From positions 1 through 64,000 of the forward strand of contig NW_021833298.1 in NCBI RefSeq assembly GCF_006345805.1: DNA of 64,000 bases. The letters are read 5' to 3'. Below are positions 13,801-27,400 of this stretch, in pieces. A program made the position numbers and the translations under genes. This DNA is from Octopus sinensis (lineage: Eukaryota). The number at the start of each line of letters is the position of its first letter. The stretch's first letter is position 1. The notes beneath the pieces are model-generated. The model was not told the DNA's origin, made no database searches, and was given only the letters and a program-made list of their open reading frames with translations.

Positions 13801-16800
13801 TTAAGACTTAACTCGATTTCTAAGCATTTCCTCACACCCGTGACTTAGAAAATTTGGATCTTTTCCTTTTGAACGGCAAATGTCAACACAATTTATAGTT
13901 AACTAAACACTTTTAAACTTCGTATACTGGTAGAATGTGTTTATAAAACATCATTTTTTTCTTGGCTTTATTGAGAAAATTCCATACTTCCCTGGGCATG
14001 GACACATTGAAACTCCGACGTCTGGCAGCTGACTTGGCAGACACCCATAAAATTATCAACCATCGCACAAACAATAACTCTGAGCACCTCTTCAAACTCC
14101 ACCCATCTAACACCCGTGGACATATTTACAAAGTAAGAAAACAGCACAGCTCCCATGACTTCAGGAAACATTTTTTCACGCTGAGAGTTGCTGAAGCGTG
14201 GAACAAACTGCCGGCATCGGTTGTTAGTTGTCGGAGCACTGCATCCTTTAAGACTTCCATGCTTCCTGAGATTCGCCAACACTACACTTGATTTTCTCCC
14301 CTCCATACACACACAAGCATGTTCACTTTCCAGACATTTCTACATTACTGCATGTACTTTATATGCACTTTCTGACAAGTTGTGGTGCACTGAGCACTGT
14401 ATACAATAATTTCATTCTTATATTTCCACTTTAAAATCGAGCATTTCGGCAATTTTAACCAATCGCTCACTTCCGTTTGGGGTGAAAAGATTCCGTGCTG
14501 TATGAATATGTCCCTCGTTTAAGAAACAGATAGGGTTTATTTACATTTGCGAAGAAAAAAAGGTACCCTTCCCCACCCCTAACCCTAACCCTAATCCTAA
14601 AATAGATTGCAATGCAATAGATCGATATTAGGGTTATAATTATGGGTGACAATTTTATACGACACCGCTACGGAAAATGGGATTTTTTTCTAGCGGTGTC
14701 AAATGAAAATGTCACCCATAATTATGGCCCTAGTATCGATCTATTGCATTTCAATCTATTTTAGGATTAGGAGTGGGGGAAGGGTACCTTTTTTTCTTCG
14801 CAAATGTAAATAAACCCAATCTGTTTCTTAAACAAGGGACATATTCATACAGCACGGAATCTTTTCACCCAAAATGGAGGTGAGCGATTGGTTAAAATTG
14901 CCGAAATGCTCGAAATTTCAGACGAAATATCTTACAACATATACAATTTTCTCAATATAGCCAAGAAAAAATGATGTTTTATAAACACATTCTACCAGTA
15001 TACGAAGTTTAAAAGTGTTAGTTAACTAGAAATTGTGTTGACATCTGCCGTTCAAAAGGAAAAGATCCGAAAATTTTAATTTTTTGACTTTGTACAAAGT
15101 CTTATGAGCTGTCCACAAGGCTTTGGCTTTGGCGACACGAAACCTTTGATGACTCTAAGTCCAAAATTTTAATATTTGTTGTAATAATTACTACTCTGTT
15201 CTTAAGAGTGTGTTTCTTTTCTGATGTATGTTTTATCGACTGTCTATGATGATATTGGCCCAACTCATCTACATGAATGGTGACAGCCATTTCTTGTATA
15301 TTTTCAATTATAATCTAAGTGAAAAACTTCCAATATTCATAATACAATTTTGGCAGCTTTTTTCAACCCAGTCAACAAAAGGTTTTTCTGATAGTATAGA
15401 ACAAGGACAGTAAACAATAATGAGGATCATTTTATATTTCTTTCTTTATTGCAGAATATCATTTTGGTAAATTCCAAGAATATCAACATCACAAACAACT
15501 AACAAAAAAACATCAACCAACCTTCAGAATTTCTGTGTCTTGAGGATAAACCACAAAGTTTACAACTTTGATCCGGCTTGTATTTTGAATTGAGTAGTTT
15601 TTCACGGCTTCATACATAATTCCGGGTAATTCTTCAATGGGGTACCTCAATTTTCCAGCTCCTAATGTAAGGAAATGCAAGGCTTTTTGCTCCCAATTCC
15701 TCAGCTTTTTCCAGACAAATGGTTATTATTTGAGTCAAGTTTGCCAGAATCTAAAAAAAAAATAATTGTTTTGAAATTGATAATGAATATTTTATTACAG
15801 GAAGGAATCGTTAAGTTGTAATTAAATATTCTTTGATTAACACATTCCATAAAGAATTTTTTGTTCTAAACAGAAATGTTTTAGACATTTGAATAACATA
15901 ATCAACTTCTCGTGATTATTGGATTAACAGATCATGTGGTCATTGGATTAACACAGATCATGTGACAGAAGGATCAACACAGATCATGTGATAGCAGAAA
16001 GTCTGGTCTGAGTGAAGATATGGATGCCATGAATGGAAAGAGAAATGTTCCAAGATTTGGTAGTTGCACAGTGTAATTCAGGTGGAATTTTGTAATTAAC
16101 AAAAAAAAAAAACCAGTAATATGGAAGAGGGGAGATTAATTATTATTTACAAGAGGGAAATCTGGGTGAGAACATACTGCAAGAAGCAACAAAACACCCA
16201 CAAGGCAGGGTGCCACAGGCACAAAAGACTCTACACTGCACACAAGAGACTATGGTTGAGTCGAAATGTTCAGGGAATATCTACAATAGAGTCTACATCA
16301 ATTTCAAACAACCAGAATCCATGCTTTGGAAACTGTACAGAATACCACAACACCAGACTGTCACACTGTAGCCCAAACTGTACATCACTGGACATCAAAG
16401 TACATGCTACTGTCTTGAAGCAGACAGAGGTGTTGTATGACTGGAAAAACAGATCTGTGGATTGTGCATAGTTTTATGGACAATTCCATTCATGCCACAG
16501 GGATGCTGGATCAATGATTACCTAGGGTTGTACAACAACTCTTTCAATAAAACAATATCATATGATTGATACTTACTGAATCGGGGGAATCTTCATTCCA
16601 AAAGCGTAATGCCAGATGAAATACATTCTTACACTTGAGGTTGTATCCTTTAGTGATGGCTATTTCAGATGCAGAAATACCTTGAGGATATTTCTGGTTA
16701 CATTCGCTTTGTATCTGGGGACCAGCAGCATTGAGAATAAATTTGGAGATAGACCCTTTGTCAAGCTGGAGATGTTCATTGGTGCTGTTAACGATGACAT

Positions 16801-19800
16801 CAACCTAGAAAAGTAATTTATGTTAAACAGCTAAGGAACATTCCGTGGAGAGAAGAGAGATACATTGTTGCAGTTGATATTGTTGTTAAGAAAGGCTCTA
16901 CAGAATGGCTGTAGTAAGTTTGAGGTTGTTAAAGTTAGCAAAAGATATACTCAAGATATCAGATGTGAAGGAAATAAAATGTTTGAGTTTGATTGAGAAA
17001 ATGTTTTAATTTACTTTAATGATTCCTCATTTGGAAATGAAATAACAATTAAATATAAATAAGTTACATGAATCTATTTACTCACAGATACATTAGTAAT
17101 TGAACCAATCGTTAGGTTTATTTTAACTCCACCAACATTTTCTGTGGATATCACATTAGTCGTGGATGTTATTGGGGCTGCTTTCTGTTGTGGACCAGGA
17201 AAGGATGGGTTTGGTGATGAGGTATCTGAAAATAAACAAATATCAATGTGCCATCATGATGATGATGATCATCATCGTTTAAAATCTACCTTACATGCTG
17301 GCATTGGTTGGATGGCTTAACAGGAGCTGGCCAGGCAGGTGATGGCACCAGACTGCTGTGTCTGGTGCAGTCTTCTGCCTGGCCACACACCTGCTGGTCC
17401 AAGTTGAACAAAATGACACACAAAGACACATCTGTCATAGCAAAAGTGAGGTCCTAAATGCATTGTGCTTATTCGTGCCCATGCTGGGCCCGACACCCAC
17501 ATCTGTCCCTGTGAAGCATCCCCTTCACCACATCTCATCTTCCTAACACCATCCCTCCATTACTCTTCTAACTACGGTCCTACTTTACTGCTGTAACCAT
17601 TTGAGAGCAGAATCTTCACATATTCATCACCACCACCACCACCACCCTTTCGCTAATACCAGTTGCCTCACTTGCGTCATCATCTCCATCAATCATCCCT
17701 TTCTGTCCCTTCCCTAATCTTTCCCACCCCCCCCTTAGCTACACCTTACTCTGCCAGGCTTCATGTTTAACACTTCTCCTATCTGCAATCATTCTCAACA
17801 CCCTCTCACATCCATTATTAATACCCCCACCAATTTTGTGGCCCCACTCACTATAGCCACCCTCATGTATCTCTAACTCCCATCTCTGTCCCAGTTGATC
17901 ATCATCATCAACCCATCCCCTCCACTGTCACATCTTCTACATCATCTCTGTACTTTCTTATCTATTTATGAAATTATGTTTCTGCTGCTCTTCACTGCTA
18001 CTTGTCACTCCCTCCTACCCAACCTCATCTAACTCTCACTTACCCCACTCCAAATGATATTACCATTGCTTGAGAGTGCAAAACTGGAAGCAAGCAATCT
18101 TCGGTGCAAGAAACAAAGTTTAGTCTTATTTCAGAAAGAACTTTCTGTGAAATGACTTCCTGTTTGCTCCATATGTCTTTATTTCTTGCATTTTATCAAT
18201 TTTTTCTGGATTTTTTTTCTTCTTTCATTCAGGGGAGAATATTTCCAAAGGATAAAGAGTATATTGAAATCCAAACTCACTGGCATGTATATACCATTAC
18301 TGTCATAAACACAAGCGAAGTAGCCATCATCATAAACTGTGATGGAATAATTAGATGGGAAATGGAAGACCTTGAGAACAGAGATGGGAAAACAAGGAAC
18401 CTGCTGACATTCTACACAGTCAAAGATTTATATTTCAAGAGAAAGAATGGAGGGAGAAGACTGTATGGAAATGGAGAAAGAGATTTGTAAGGGAGTATGT
18501 TGTTGAGAGTGTTGTGGTGATGTTGATAGCAGTAAGAGCGGAAAAGGTGTGACTGGAAGAAGAGGAAAAAGAAGCGAAGCTTTTGGAACAAGAAATGTTT
18601 ATTAAAAATCTGAAGGATATTGAGATGAGAAGTCATTTCAGGGAATAAAGAAAGGAATTTTGAAGAAAGAGACAGGGGTTTTTTTCATCCTATCTGTGCA
18701 AGATCAACAAACAGAATAAGATACATCAGGAAGACATCTCAACTAAATGTAGAGAGTGTGTGGTGAAAGTGATGGCTGCAGATGTCGTCCCTGAATGTAA
18801 AGTGCCTGCTCAGGGGGTTTCTAATAACTGGAGACATGACAAGACTGTTACAACCACACATTGGCAAATCTGTAAGAAATTCTGGATTTGAACATGTGGG
18901 AAAATAGTATGGCCATAAAACGGAACACATCCTTGGAGATGGCCATCTGAAGGTACTGTTAGATATGAAACACTATGGAAACCCCCAGGTATTGTTGCAC
19001 TCAATAAGGAGGAACAAGTGTGTTGTTTAATTGATGATGCTTGACTGTTTGGAACAGGAATGGTAGACAAAGAATGTGAGAGAATAAAGGAATAACATGG
19101 CCTAAAATATTTGGAACTGCCATAAAGTTTTTTTTCCCAATTATAATTGGAACCTGAGGGAGGCAAGAAATTAGAATGGTTGGTGAAAGCTGTTGGATAT
19201 CAAGAGGAATGTCCTGATTCTACCAGAAAGAATGTTTGCTTGGCAGAGCAAACAGAAAGGAGTTATAACGATGATGATGATAACAACGACAACAACAACA
19301 ATAATAATAAGTGAAGCTCTTGTGAGCCACGAGCAAATTTACTGAGAGGCATGTGGAGCATATTCACCCAAATATCACAATTATACACAGAGACAAACAT
19401 GGATGGGTCATGATAAACATTGCTGTTCCTGCTGACCAGAATGTTGAACTGGCCGAGGGAAGGAAGGCAGACAAATACCAAGATTTGGTGATCCAGGTAT
19501 CGGAAATACATCAAACTGAACAATCTGGTGTGTTTATTTTAATGACTTACCAATGTGTAGAGAGAGTTGCTTTGCCCTAGGTGTTGGGAAGACATTGGCA
19601 AGAAATGGAAAGAAAATCGAAAGAAGAAAAATAATAATAATGATGGTGATGATATAAATAAGGGATACAAATACCCAGGAATGGTGCAAGATGATAAGAT
19701 AATGGAAGGGGAAATTAGAAAGAAAGCTACTAAAGGGAAGAAAAGGAGAGTTAGGAAGATGAATTGGAGAGAACATCATTAAAGGCAATTCTATATGGGC

Positions 19801-21436
19801 AATACCAATACTGAGACATTTTGCTCCTTTCTGATATGCAGGTACCAGAAAGCACAATGCACTCCATCATCAAGGTAATACCAGTCAATTCTGTCTGCCA
19901 AGAAAGGAAGGTGGCAGAGGAATACGAGGTGCAGAAGACACTGTTGGTACTGTGATACTGGAGCTGAAGAATTGTGTTGTAAAGAAAGAATACTTTTGGC
20001 AGCCAGAGACTCTATTGCTCTCTTTTACTGAACCACTAAGTTAGAGGGACATCTATTTGATGGGGCTCTATCACTTTCCGTCTACTAGATCCACTGGTTA
20101 GGTTTTGCCCAGCTCCAGTTTATAGTAGAAGATACTTGCCCAAGGTGCCAGGCAGTGGGTCTGAAGCGGAAATCATGAATCATGGGGTTGAGAGGCAAAC
20201 GTCTTACTATACAGCTGCACCTGTGTATATATGTGTATGTATATATATATATATATCATCATCATCATCATCATCGTTTAGCATCCGCTTTCCATGCTAG
20301 CATGGGTTGGACGATTCAACTGGGGCCTGGGAAGCCAGAAGGCTGCACCAGGCCCAGTCTGATCTAACAGTGTTTCTACGGCTGGATGCCCTTCCTAATG
20401 CCAACCACTCCGTGAGTGTAGTGGGTGCTTTTTACGTGCCACCGGCACAGGTGCCAGTCGGGGCTGGCAAACAGCCATGATCGGATGCTGCTTTTTACGT
20501 GCCACCGGCATGGAGGCCATTCGGAGCAGCGCTGGCAACAGCCACATTTGGATGGCTCACATACGTGCCACCGCCACTGGTATCATAGCTACAATTTCCA
20601 TTGATGTTGATCGATTTTGATTTTGATTTTCACTTGCCTCAACAGGTCTTCACAAATAGAGTTTTGTGTCCCAAGAAGGAAAGGTATGCATAAGTGGACT
20701 GGCTACATCCCAGGTAGAGGCCACAGGTTTTGGTCTCACTTGTCCTGCCGGATCTTCTCACGCACAGCATACTTCCAAAGGACTCGGTCTCTAGTCATTT
20801 CCTCAGTGAGACCTAAAGTTCGAAGGTAGTGCTTCACCACCTCATCCCAGGTTTTCCTGGGTCTACCTCTTCCACAGGTTCCCTCAACCGCTAGGGTGTG
20901 GCACTTTTTCACACCACTATCATCAATCCATTCTCGTCACATGACCATACCAGCGCAGTCGTCTCTCTTGCACACCACATCTGATGCTTCTTAGGTCCAA
21001 CTTTTCTCTCAAGGTACTTACACTCTGTCGACTATGAACACTGACATTACACATCCATCGGAGCATACTGGCTTCATTTCTTGTGAGCTTACGCATATCC
21101 TCAGCAGTCACAGCCCATGTTTCACTGCCATGTAGCATGGCTGCTCGTACACATGCGTCATACAGTCTGCCTTTTACTCTGAGCAAGAGGCCTTTTGTCA
21201 CCGGCAGAGGTAAGAGCTCTCTGAACTTTGCCCAAACTATTCTTATTCTAGCAGCTATACTTACAGCGCACCCTCCCCTGCTACTGACTTGGTCACTTAG
21301 GTAATGGAAACTATCAACTACTTCTAGTTTTTCTCCCTGGAATGTGGCTGAAATTGTTCTCTGCACATTCTCAGTGTTTATTGTTCCTGAGCATCTGCCA
21401 CATACAAAAACTATCTTCCTAGTGAGCCTTCCTTTG

Positions 21437-21470
<34 letters not shown>

Positions 21471-24400
21471 TTTGTGAAATAGAAAGATGAATAATCTTGT
21501 TGCAGATTAATCAAATGTTTAACCGATACCTTGGTAGCAAAAATCACAGCAGAAGACAGCACGGTTGGAGGTACAACCCTATGGTGTTGCAACCGTGCAT
21601 TGGTGCGGATAATTGAATTTTAATATTATTAGTGAATTGAAGAAATGGAGTTGAACGAAGATTGAACAGAAATCGTTTTATTGCATTCTACATGTGTTTC
21701 GAAAGGCACAATTTACCAAATTCTGATTGAATAAGGAGACCATATTGTGTCTTTCTCTTCAGGAAGAAATAGGAAATCCGTTGGAAAAAACAAAAACAGA
21801 ACAGAGGCAATTTGTTTTGCTCCGCCTCTGTTCTGTTTTTGTTTTTTCCAACGGATTTCCTATTTCTTCCTGAAGAGAAAGACACAATATGGTCTCCTTA
21901 TTCAATCGGAATTTGGTAAATTGTGCCTTTCGAAACACGTGTAGAATGCAATAAAACGATTTCTGTTCAATCTTCATTCAACTCCATTTCTTCAATTCAC
22001 TATATATATATATATCATCATCATCATTACTGGGCACTGCACGCATCCTACGCAAAACACTTTCAATACAGTAACCATCAGAGCATCACAGTAAACTACT
22101 GCACGTAACTAAGGCACACAGAGCTGCACTCGGTTGTGAAGTAAAAGCACGCCATAAAAACAAAACAACTGAATAATAACAACAACAACAACAACAATAA
22201 TAATAATCAGGGATGTTCAGTTGAGAAGACACAACAAAGCACCATAATATTCAATATTAACAAACAAATTGTTTACCTTTTGAATGAAATCCTTCATTTT
22301 TCTGTCTATTTAGATATTCAGTAAATATCTGTGAAAACAAATAACAATGAGAATCATTTTTATGTTTTATTTTCCCATTTTTGCAAAAAGAATAGATTTA
22401 ATTTAACAAAAGACAAACAAAATATTTGAAATATTTAATGAGTTATTTCTATTCTGTAATAAGGAAATGAGGAAAATTACTTTATCACTCAGATCAAAGA
22501 TATTCCATCCATGGCCTTCCTGTCTTCTGGGAGATGTGAGACCTATGTCTATATGGTAACAGAGTGAATGCAGCAGAAAAACCTCCCACACTTTACATGG
22601 CCACCAATGTGGTGTCATTGCAGTTAAACATGTGGTAACGGTGTCTTCATGTAGCTGAAGTTCCACTGTTTTTCCTGTCCAGTTACCATCATGGTTAGAT
22701 CTGTTGGATCTTGTGTTTGCAGTCAAAATGTCTATCAAGAATGTTGAATTTGGGGTTTTTCTTGTTACATCCTGTTTGTCCAAAACTATTTCAGGAACAA
22801 ACAGGAGTACAAGGTAATTATTTTGACATTGTAAGGAAGAATGAGAGGAAACCTGACAATTCAGACCGTGGTCCTTCATGACAAAGAAAAGAGAAAAGAT
22901 TCAAAGAGGAAAAGGTTCACAAACAGTTCGACAGTGGACAGAAATTTCCTTCATCTTTTTGTTACAGTGGAAAGACATAAAGATTATATTTTGGTATTAA
23001 TACTGCTTCTATCATTATTATTTCTAATAGACTTTCTGGCTTAAAATCCTTAAATCCTTAAAAATGTTTTAGCCCGAAGACCGTGGCCATGCTGGGGCAT
23101 CTTTAATAAGCCTTCTGGCTATCAGTTATTTCTAATAAACCTTCTAACTATTAATTACCTCTAATAAGTCTTCTGGCTATTTGCAACATGAATATTCTGA
23201 AATGACGTGAAAGTGTATATATATCGTTGACAGTGAGATTCAGCTATGGTGTCGCTGTTGGATGTCTGTCACTGATGGACCCAGGCAGAGTGAAAATACA
23301 TGATCTGGCAGTTCTGGTGCCAGTAGACAGATGATTGTCATCTGCCAACAATATAAATGTGAGTGCTTTTATGCACCATGTGTTCATAGGAAAGCTCCTC
23401 TCAAGGTAAATAACACAGTAAATAACAGCATCCACATTTTGTTGGATATAAAGATTGCCATTTGGTGTTAATAATGCATCTGTTGCTATTGTTTTTAATT
23501 GCCCTGATTTAGGTTCAGTCTCAATGTATGGCACCTTGGACAAGTCTCTTCGACTACAGCCTTAGGCCAAACAAAGCCCAGTGAATGGGTCTGGTAAGCA
23601 GAAACTGAAAGAAGCCTGTCGTACATATGTGTGCAAGTGTTTTTCTCTGCTTTGACATTGTGTGATAGTTGTAGGCGAGTGCCCCTGTTATGCAAGCAGT
23701 GTCCTTTGTTTCTAATATTTTGTAAAATGGGGAAATAGTTACCTCCCTTGGAACGAGGTGAGGGTTGGTGACAGCAAAGGCATCAAGCCATAGAAAATCC
23801 ACCTCAACAAATTCCATCCAACCCATGCAAGCACAGAAAAGTAGATGCTATGATGATGATGATGGTGATGATACTACAGTATGTTTTTGCTACATTTATT
23901 GTATTTTTTCTAAATCTGTCTCTGAAATAATGATAATGATAATATTAATAAATAATAATAATAATAATAATAATAATGTGGATCATCAAGTGCTTAGATT
24001 TGTTTGGAATTGCAAGAATCTAACATGTTTTCTGAAGAGAGTCGGAAAACTGATTCGACATCCTATGGAAAAAAAAAACCCGGGCCCTCTGGGCACCAGA
24101 AGAGGGTTTTCCAAGGCAATAGCTGATCTCTGTTGTATTTTGTTCTTTGTATGATCCCTCTGACCTTGGCACTCAGGAAAATGAACCTGGGCTTTCAACT
24201 AAAGGGAAAATCTCAAACAGTCAACCACTTCTTCTTCATGGATGATTTGAAGCTGTGTGGCAAGGATGAGGCACATTGGAGTTCTTTGCTGAACATGGTC
24301 CACTGCTTTATCATCATCGTTGTTGTTTAACATCCGCTTTCCATGCTGCCATGGGTTGGACGGTTTGACTCAGGGCTGGCAAGCCAAAAGGCTGTACCAA

Positions 24401-27400
24401 GTTCCAATCTGATCTGGCAAAGTTTCTACAGCTGGATGCCCTTCCTAATGCCAACCACTCTGAGAGTGTAATAGGTGCTATTTAAGTGCCACTGGCACGT
24501 GGACAAGTCAGGTGGCACTGGCAACAACCACTCTCGAATGGTGCTTTTTACACGCTACCATCACTGGAGCCAGTCAGGCAGTACTGGAATCGACCACTCT
24601 TGAATGGTGCTTTTTACATTCCACTGGCACATGAGCCAGTGAGGCAGCACTGGCAACAACCACGCTCGGATGGTGCTTTTAATGTGCCACTTGTACGGGA
24701 CCAGTCAGCCGGCAGTGACATCGACTACACTCGAATGATGCTTTTTATGTGCTACCAGCACAGGAGCCAGTGAGGTGGCACTGGCCATAATCACGCTCAA
24801 ATGGTGCTTTTAATGTGCCACCATCATGGGTGCAAATCAGGCAGCACTGTCATTGGCCACGTCAACGATTTCGCTTACTTCAACAGGTCTTCTCAAACAC
24901 AGTTTATTGCCCAATGATTGAAGGGTACTCTTAAATGGGCTGGTTATGCTGCACTGGCATAGGCCACGGTTACAGTCTCACTTGGCACACCTGGTCTTCT
25001 CAAGCACAGTGTATCTCCAAAGGTCTCGGTCACTTGTCATCACCTCCGTCAGGCCCAACGTTTGATGGTTGTGCTTCACCACCTCATCTCAGGTCTTCCT
25101 GGGTCTACTACTTCCACAGGTTCCCTCCACTGTTAGAGTGTGACACTTTTTCACACAACTGACCTCATCAGTGTCTCATGACCATACCAGTCGTCTCTCT
25201 TGCACACCACATCTGATGCTTCTTAAGTCCAACTCTTCTCTTAGGCCACTTACACTGTTGTGTATGCACACTGACATTACACATCCAGTGGAGCATACAA
25301 CCTTCATTTATTGCAAGCTTACACATGTCCTCAGCAGTCACATCCCATGTTCCACTGCCATGTAGCATCGCTGTTCATACACATGCGTCATACAGTCTAC
25401 CTTTCACTCTGAGAGAGACCCTTTGTTACCAGCAGAGGTAGGAGCTTTCTGAACTTTGCCCAGGATATGCTTATTCTAACAGTTATGCTCTCGGAGCATT
25501 CACCCCCTACTACTGGGTTGGTCACCTAGGTAACAGAAGCTATCAACTACTTCTAGTTTTTCACCCTGGAATGTGATGTAAATTGTTTTCTGCACATCTT
25601 CAGTGTTTATTGCTCCTGAGCATCTGCCACACACAAAAACTATCTTCCCAGTTAGCCCCACCCCTTTGATATTGCTGCTTCTCTCATGTGTCTATATCTT
25701 ATACCGGGTACATCTTATGGAGTTTCTATCTACACATTTCCTACAAATTGAGCAGGGCCATCTATCTGAAGGGATTTGTGGGATGTCTGCCTTCTTACTA
25801 AGGCTTTGGTTTTTGCTAGATCGACTCTAAGGCCCTTCAATTTTTAGACCTTGCTTCCGCACCTGAAATGTCTTCTCTAGTTCTGGTAGTGACTCAGCTA
25901 TTAGAGCAAGGTCATCAGCATAGAGAAGCTCCCAAGGGCAGACTGTCTTGAATTCCTCTTTTATTGTCTGGACGACTATGAAAGGGGCCTGAAGACCAAT
26001 CCTTAGTGAACCTCTACTTCTACCTGGAATTCTTCACTAGACTCATTGCCGACCCTTATCTTACTGACAGCATCCCTGTACATGGCTTGCACAGCTCTCA
26101 CTAACCATTCATCTATCCCTAGTTTCCTCATTGACCACCAGATAAAGGATTGGGGCACCCTGTCAAAGGCTTTCTCCATATCAACAAAAGCCAGATACAG
26201 AAGTTTATGTTTGGCTAGGTATTTCTCTTGCAGCTGTCTTACCAGAAATATAGCATCAGTGGTGCTTTTCCACGGCACAAACCCAAACTGTATCTTGTCT
26301 AAACTGACTCTCTCCCTAATTAGTTGGGCTACAACCCTCTCTGTGACTTTCATTACTTGATCCAACAACTTGATACCTCTGTAATTATAGTATCTAATGC
26401 ATCACCTTTACCTTTGTAGCAGTTGACTATGGTGCTGCTACACCAGTCACTGGGTATGACTCCTTCATGTATCACCTCATTGACTATACAAGTGACTAGA
26501 CTATAGCCTACACCGCCAGATATTTTAAGCACCTCTGCAGTGATTCCTGATGGACTGGGGCTTTCCCTGTCTTCATACTCTTAATTGCTTTATCTACCAA
26601 GGTACTGTAAATTTAGATAGCTGGTCCCTATGTTGGGTCGACATTTGGCAGACTCTCTTTCTCCCATTCATTCTCTTCATTTGGCAACCTTTCATAGTGA
26701 TGTCACCAAGTCTCTCTCTTTGCAGCATCATTAAATGCAAGTGAGCCATCCTCCATGCAGACACATTTCTCTCCTATGACATCACGATTCTCTCTCACAC
26801 ACTGTCTTGCAACATGAAGCACCTCAAGTCTTTGGTCCTCACTACGCAAAACATTGGCAAATTTTTTCCTTTAGTGCTGTTAAAATGTCCAACCCATGCC
26901 AGCATGGAAACCAGATGTTAAATGATGATGATGATAATTCCATGTTTTATTTTGTTTTCTATTTCCTTTGTGTATTTCAAAATACATTTTTTGTAAATTC
27001 TAAAAATTTCAACATAAAACAACAAATACAGCAACCAACCTTTATTATTTTTGTCTCTGTAGGAAAAACAACAAAGTAAACGTCTTTGATCTGGCTTGAA
27101 TTTTGATTTGAGTAGTTTTTCACTGCTTCATACATAATTCCAGGTAGTTCTTCAATGGGGTACCTCATTTTTCCAGTCCCTAATATAGGAAATGCCAGGC
27201 TTTTTGCTCCCATTCTCTCAGCAGTTTTTAGACAATTGGTTATTATTTGAGTCAAGTTTGCTAAAATCTATAAAAATAATTGTTTAGTAATTGATAATGA
27301 ACATTTTATTAAATTATTTTCTTACTACAGGAAGGAATCATTAAGTTGTATTAAATATAATCCCCCTTCAGTTAGATGGCCCTGCTCGATCTGTAGAAAA

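Noticed and set aside
14572-14600. Telomeric repeats (ccctaa)
   Set aside because: Only 2-3 units, inside a fold-back element; not a telomere.
16121-16471. 116-aa + strand ORF duplicated at 28793-29144
   Set aside because: Lies in the duplicated intron; the second copy is frameshifted; no recognisable motif.
22403-23044. 158-aa minus ORF as a possible PARP exon
   Set aside because: No fitting splice sites or domain motif; more likely decayed retroelement sequence.
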